64,000 nt of DNA from Schizochytrium sp. TIO01 (lineage: Eukaryota; Protista; Bigyra: Labyrinthulomycetes), in NCBI GenBank assembly GCA_004764695.1, contig SMSO01000014.1:7058029-7122028 (forward strand). The letters run 5' to 3'. The translations under genes were made by a program, and so were the position numbers. Shown here one piece after another: positions 57,106 to 64,000 of this stretch. A model generated the notes under the pieces. The model ran no database searches and was not told where the DNA came from. It was given only the letters and a program-made list of their open reading frames with translations. Every line of letters begins with the position of its first letter. Positions within the stretch are counted from its first letter, which is position 1.

Positions 57106-59804
57106 AGGTAGGTAGGTACTTACTAACCTACATGATTGCCATGATGGCCTCCCATTAATTATTAACTTCTGCTGTTCTAAATGAACAATAAACTTTCACT
57201 TCCGGATGAGTCGTGATTTCTCTCCTTTTTCCTCCTCCTCAGCCTTCACCTTCCGCAGCCCCTCGTACCTTTCAGCGGGAGCCAAGGCGCCGCCGAAGAA
57301 CCGGAAGGAGCCCTGGGCAGCCTCTGCCAGCAGCACCAGACCGCGAGCTCCGTCTTCTTCATCCATTCCACAGCACTGTCGCTCGCGGCAACAGCACTAA
57401 CGGACCCTTCTTCGTTTCCCCCGCTGTCTCGTGCGTCTATCTTTCTTCGCCTTCTTATCCAGTGCTTTCTCCTTTAAGCCCCTTTTTTATTTCATTAAAG
57501 TTGAAACAAATTAAACTTAAGTTGAAGTTTATGAATAGATAGAATAAACAAATAAATAAATAAATAAATAAACACAAACAAACAAACAAAAAATAGAGTT
57601 TTATGATATCATGGTGGACCTTTAAACAGAGACCCACAAACAAACAAACAAACAAACAAACAAACAGCTTTCAACACACTCGCTTCTTCCGCCTTTCTAC
57701 GTGGCGAGTTCTCTCCTGGGGACTCCAAGGCACACGCTCGCTCCTTTTGGGTTCTCTCGCAGCCAACTAACTCTTCGCCGTGTCCTCTCGAGAGCGAGCG
57801 AGTGATCACATGCGCCGCATTCTTCGAGTTCTTCGCACCACGATTGATCCTGAGACCCTCCTCTTCGGTCACCCTCGAATCTTTCTTTTCTATTCTACGC
57901 TTTTCTTTTCTTTTCTTTTCTTTTCTTTCCTTTTCCTTCCTTTCCCTTCGCAGAGAGGCACTAGAGTATGATCGAATGGAGAATCCATCCTGAGACGAAG
58001 CAAAGACCTAAGTTCCCTTCTCTCCGTCGTTCCTGCTCTCCGTGCCGCTTGAGCATCAACGCGCGGCGACTCGAGTGCGAAGGACAGAGCACAAGTGCAG
58101 AGAATCGAACAGAAGAGAGTAGAATAGACGGCGAATTCGCCATCCCATCTTCTACTTCTTCGTTCACTCTTTTTCTGTTTCTTTCTCAAAGCTATTTTTT
58201 TAATTTAATTAATTTGATTTAAAATTTAAAACTAAAGTTTAAAATAAAGGGAGTATAGTCGAAAGTAAGGAACAATCGATCCATTTCATTCATTCATTCA
58301 TTCATCGCTCACTCATTCAATAGTGGATGGCTGCTTAGGCGCGCGTCAGCGAGGGCAGTGCGTTCCCTTATTTGTTCCTGAGGTAAAGGACCCACTGTGA
58401 GGAGGCTGCCTGCCGCGTAAGGAGAAGAAGAGAGGACAGTTGGAGGAACTGAAGGATATGTGTGAAGGTGGCAGCGAATTGAGAAAAGAAGCTCAGACCA
58501 ATAAATAACAACAAAGTTTTATGGATATTGGTCCATACTTATGTCTATCTCCATTTTCAATTAACTTTTAAATAATATTATTATTACTCTTTTGAAGACG
58601 AGGAGAATGAATTCTGATGGCTGATTCTTATTCTTATTCTTATCCTTATTGTCCACTCTTTTTCTTTCTTTCTTTCTTTCTTTCTTTCTTTTTAATTAAA
58701 ATAGAAGTAAGAAGAACAAAAAAGCGAGCGTGTTAGAAAAGAGCGAGGAGGCCTTCCGTCTTCTTTCATCACTGCCCCGGAAACGAATGGAAAGAGGCCG
58801 CCAACGCACCAATGGCTTATGGAGGCTGCCAGAAAAGCTATGTAAACTCCATCAGCTCCGGCCTGGCCCGTCGCTTTCCTGGAGGGAGGTAGCATTTACC
58901 TCCCTCGCTCCCTCAGCGAGAGAATGCTGATTGGTGGGACGCTGTTTGATACCACTAACCGGGACCGTATCGATAGCTAGCTAGCTAGTAGTAATCGTAG
59001 CAAGATTGTCAAACTACGCACGATCACTGTTATGATGAAGGACCATTTACAAACAGGCTCTTGCGCTCGCTCTTTGGAAACCTTCAGTTCCTCTCAAGCG
59101 GTCCACAGTTTACTAAGCAAAAGACGCGGAGAACTCGCAGAAGTAAATAAAGACATTAATGTATTGTTTGACTTTTTGTTTTGTATTCTTAAAGGGTTCT
59201 TTTGTGTCAGTTGGTCGAAGACAGTGTTCGTTTTCTGTTCTCTAGGGCCAAGTTTGCTATAGCTCCAGTTCGCCGGCGAAGAGCGACTGAAATAACAACT
59301 TGAAAACAGGCGGTCTCTGTGGTTCTATTCTCGACCGCAAAGTCTCAAGTCGCAAGTCTCAAGTCTCAGGTCCCTGATTTACAGCGGCTTCCTTGCAGCG
59401 CCTTTGATTCCTTGGTACTTGCGAACTTGAGGCCCCGTCTCCACATCGAACGCCTTCTCCATGGTCAGACCATCGCCGCTGTCGCTCCGCTCTCCATACC
59501 ATCGCTTTTGCCGCTGTTGCTTTCCATATCACCATCCATGTCACGCCCATACCAGCTCCATCAAGCGACGCTGTGATGCTGCACGTGAGCGAAGGTGTGT
59601 GCGAGCGCGGTGTGTCTGTGTGAGTGAGAGTGAGAGTGTGAGTATGAGAGTGTGTGCGGACCTTCTGGTTTTACGGCGAGTCGCTGCCGCTGATGAGGTG
59701 CCAGCCAGAGCCTGCTCCCGCCAGTCCTCCTGCCTGCTCTGGCGAAAACCCAAGTCCAAACCCATCTCTCGAGAAGAGGAGGAAGGCAATGTATTTATTT
59801 CCAT

Positions 59805-59841
<37 letters not shown>

Positions 59842-62800
59842 ATAGGACTATTATAGTGCACGTGCTGTGTTTGACGTGCCAAGGTATCTATCTGTCTATC
59901 TATCTATCGCTTCATTCACGCGATTGCGGTCTGTGCCCGTGTGGATCGCGGGACGCACATAAGTGCCGGCGCCTGCGAGCCTCCGCACGTGGTCTCCTCC
60001 CCGCGCAGGACGGCTCCTGTGACCGTGGACTCTCCATGGTCCCAGAAGAAACGGCGTTGGACGATTGATGGATTCTCTCTGTAGAGCTGGAGAGGCATTG
60101 ATTGCTGATTGGGTAAGCTGGTTAGACGGTGCTTTCTGCGGGTGTGCGCACTGCTCCTGAAGGCGACTAGCAGGCGCGTTGTTGGCTTGGGGTCGAAGGA
60201 CATCCATCTCTGGCGGTTGTTTTGATGCGTGGCGTTCGCGAGCTCGTAGAAGGAACTCCTCGAGATGCTCCGGGGATGCCGCGGAGAATGTACTCTTTCA
60301 TAACAGTTTCGTTTCGTGAGCGCATGCATCTCCGCCACGAAGGAGGACCTGTGAAGTGAGCGCAGAAGACTCGCAGAAATTGGGTGCTGCCTTACACGAG
60401 ATTTCGAGCACCTCCAGATCAGATCAGATGGCTCAAGGATTCCGCGTGACGTTCTGACGATTTCAACGAGAGCTGGACAACGATATCTTGAAGCTCTCCA
60501 GACTATCTCTCAGTCCTGACCTCCAGGGATTTGCCTCGCGAAGCCTTCAACACAGGCAAGAACTGGAGCTAGCGAGCCTAAGCCGCTGTTTTCAAGGCTT
60601 TCGTGCGGGCAAAGCCCAGGCCAAAGCATATCGCCCACGGGCCAAAGCTCTGAGAAATCGAGTTGACTGCTTAGTTTCCGTGCGCTTAACTGCGTACGCA
60701 CGTTTTGGAGACATCCAATTCAATCATACGGTGATGCTCAAGCTGAGAAGAAGTGGTATCTACTCGCGTATTACATGGCCTGCAATTTTCAATCAGTTGG
60801 TTTCAAAACGTTTTTGTATCTTTTTCTTTTTAAATGTTAAAGAATATTTTATTTTGTTTTAATTTACCGTTTTAATTTAATTTAAAAAATAAATAAAAAA
60901 GTAAAAACCATAGCAGAAAATCTTTTCGATGAAAGTTCGTCCTCTCATTAAACAGGTGCACAAATACACGTTGCCGGTATTATCAAGTACACCCACATCC
61001 TACTATTCAGCAGGTTTAAAATGGTCAATCTCTTCGTACCGGAACACGGCGCCTGGTCGATGTCTGCTTCATACGAATGAGCACGAAGGAATCGAACGAA
61101 GCCTCGAGCGGCCAAGAGAGAGGCAGAGCAGAGGCGCGCGTTGCGGAGCGTGAAGACCAGGTCGAGCATGCCCAGGAGGCCCCGCGAGGGGCCCTGAGAG
61201 CCGCGGGCGCGGCTCCCATCGGCCATGAGCTGCGGTCCACCTCCATTCGCCACGTGACTGTCAAGCTCCTCAGCTGCTGCAAATGGTTGCTTTGCTGTTC
61301 TGTTCTCTCTGCACTGTTCTCTCTGCACTGTTCTATATGTCCTGTTCTATATGTTCTTGTTTGTTTGTCTCATTGTTGTTTACTCTGGCGCAGGAGTTGT
61401 GATTGCCGTGCTTTTGCGTTTCGCTCAAGCAGTGGCGGTTATGCCGACGTGCAGGTAGGCGAGCATGGAGCAGCGAGGCAGGGAGGAGAAGGGCAGCCTC
61501 CGGTTTTCGTTGCGGAACAGTCTTCCCTTCGATTGTCTGATATTTTCAGGGTGGTCTTTGTTTGTTCGATTGATCAACTATCTTTTGTAAAATTGCGAAG
61601 CGGGAAAGCGCGACTGAGAACGAATTCCTTTTTCTTTTCTCTTTTTTTTTTTCTTTTTTTTTTTTTTTAAGTCATTTATTACCTAGTGTAGCAGGTACTA
61701 GTAGCGGCTGTAATGGTTAGGGAGGTGGAAGGTGCTTTTTCTCTCTTCTCTTCTTTTCTTGAATTAAAAAACAATTTTAAGATTTTATTAAATGGATCTC
61801 GCGAAGCTCAGACAGAGGAGGCAGTGATGAGGGTGATGGTGATGACAATAGCGACGATGGAGATGATGGTAACTACAAACAAAGCATCTGAGGTACACGG
61901 CACTCGGTCGTCGAGCGATTGAAGCTCGGAAATTCATCTAGGTACTATTGAGTGGCAGCAGCGGCAAGAGCAGCTGTCAACGATGAGAAGTTGAATTCCA
62001 TACGCAACAGCTTGGCGAATTTACTGTAAAACGCTTAGAACTGTTGCTTCATTTTCAAGCCTGTAATTCATCATTTCACATAAACTGAGAAAGCCAGGCT
62101 TGTGTTTCTCAAGTCTACCATATCATTGATTACGAACTAGCTTGAACTAGACCTTGCTTTGCAAGCTTGGTATCGTTTTTCAATTGCGCAGAGGTCGACT
62201 GAGTGATTGTTTTGGCTTGCACTTTGAACTAAGTTTTTCTGTGTCTTTCTTCAATTTAAAAATGCAGAATTTGCCCATGACTACTGGGAGTGTACAGAGA
62301 GTTGTCCACACAAGTAGGCGTGCGCCAGATTAGCGAATTTTATCATTAAAAGTCTACTCTCTGTGGCGACATATGATGGATACCATGTTTTGGGGCACAT
62401 TTCAGTTCATGTCTCTAACCAAGGTCGTCAAGAGGTTAAATGTTACACAAAGCATGGAGACAAATTTGATCAAAATCCGGCGACAGGACAGGATTCTTCT
62501 TAGAATGCCATGGTGAAAACAACATGTTCTACCTTGAAACTTCTTCGAAGTTATTTACTCGTTTCTCATCGATACATATGATATCATGATGATCATTAGC
62601 CATTCCACGTGGCCTGCAAAAGATCTTGGAGTAGCTGCATGAAGACCACAATAAGCATGGGTGCTTGAAAGGTATTGGTTCGACACCCCAAAGTGGCAGT
62701 CAAGAACGATGTAAATTAACGTGATTTTGCGCTTGCTATCAAGCCAACTCCGACGACCTATAGCAGGAATCTTGCTACGATCAAGATGAAATCTTCAAAC

Positions 62801-64000
62801 ATTGTGCGTTGAGCTGATATTCTCCTCATTGGATAGAGCAGATTAGCTTGTGTAGGGTAGCGTTCAGAGGTAGTGTCACAAGAGGGTGAATTCTGACAAT
62901 GCGATGAAGTAAGACCTGTTGAAGAAAATGAAGGAGACATTCTGCATATAGGGGTTTTAGATACAGGGAGGGTGAATGCACAGGCAGTGTCGAACGAAAA
63001 GGTTAGGCATACTTAGGTTTGGGGAAGACACCTAGCTGGGTATTACTTCAATATTGGAATACGATTTGGTCACTGTCTGTCTAAAGGTCAAGTAGAAGAG
63101 TGTCATCTAGAGTACCTAGCCGAACGGTTGACGAATACGAGAAAGGCTTGCGATACTACGCAAACGACAGATCCTGTCAATACTGACAGAAATTTGATCC
63201 TTTTTCTTTAAAATCAATATTGAATTGGACTTGTGGTTCTTCTTCGCACACTAGAGCAAAGTTTGGTGCTAAATTAAGGGGGGTTCTGAGGCACAATGCG
63301 ATGACGTCATGTTTGGTCTGCAGCTGAAAATCAAGCCGTAACGTCCTGCCAATAACATGATGTAGAAGCACGGCATTGCATTGCAAACATCAAAGAGATA
63401 AACAGCAAGGTGTAGCGTGCCCATATCGAGAACGACAAGACACGAGTATACTCGCTAAGTATACCTATTCAAATGGTCATCCAAGATTTGATAATCCTGC
63501 TACCAGCACAAACGCTTAGTTAGTAAATTAAATTAAATTGAAATGAAAGTTTCTCCCCTCATTCCCATGTAACAACATCTTGCAAAAAGAAAAATTACTG
63601 AGAGAGCACAGGGTTTTACATCTGCCAAACCTTTTCCCCTTGATTCTCTATTTACTGATATCTTTGTACACAGCGATGCAGGCAAACCATTGCAAAGTAT
63701 ATGATTAAAATGCGCAACACCCAGCACGTTTTGGTTTCCTTGAATTGGTCGCTTCTCCTTTATTCTCATGTCCTGGTGGCCCTTCGTAACCATTTGCACC
63801 ACATTCACTAGCATCGACGCCCTGGCGATGCTCTGTACGTTTTAGTTCGTAGACAAGTGCCCGGTCGCAAGGTGTCTGTGTCTTCACCGTGTTTGCGACA
63901 TTAAGCTCGTACCTACTACTTCTGTAACTTGCAAACTGGAGAGAAGAGGGTAACGAATTCGCCTTGAGGTGAATTCATCTTGAGGTGAATTCATGGAAGT

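Noticed and set aside
56000-64000. Numerous 60-197-aa ORFs in the final 8 kb
   Set aside because: Low-complexity or microsatellite-derived with no recognisable domains; treated as non-coding.

Overview
Eukaryotic protist DNA with compact, intron-poor genes, GT-AG introns with GTAAGT donors and microsatellite-rich intergenic tracts. A stramenopile such as a thraustochytrid is my best guess, but this is inference only. Host genes: a Clu-domain protein running off the left edge (missing from the ORF track), an MFSD1-like transporter, a class I DAHP synthase, a DEK-like chromatin protein, a VAMP7-like longin SNARE, a GNAT acetyltransferase, a SRAP/HMCES protein, a RING protein, a calponin/transgelin-like protein, a FUN14 protein, two tandem atypical SDRs, an EF-hand protein, an M13 peptidase, an NCKX-like exchanger, an 8-TM tandem-repeat membrane protein and several hypotheticals. 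The standout is an apparently intact IS607-family element at about 17654-19870 (minus strand), inside a 13-kb gene-poor interval. It encodes a serine recombinase (TnpA) and a Fanzor2/TnpB-type RNA-guided nuclease with an intact rearranged RuvC triad. The Fanzor N-terminus is overprinted on tnpA in the +1 frame. A foldable, pseudoknotted omega-RNA-like scaffold follows the Fanzor stop codon. Splice-signal-like motifs near both ends suggest, speculatively, splicing-based expression or intron-like behaviour.
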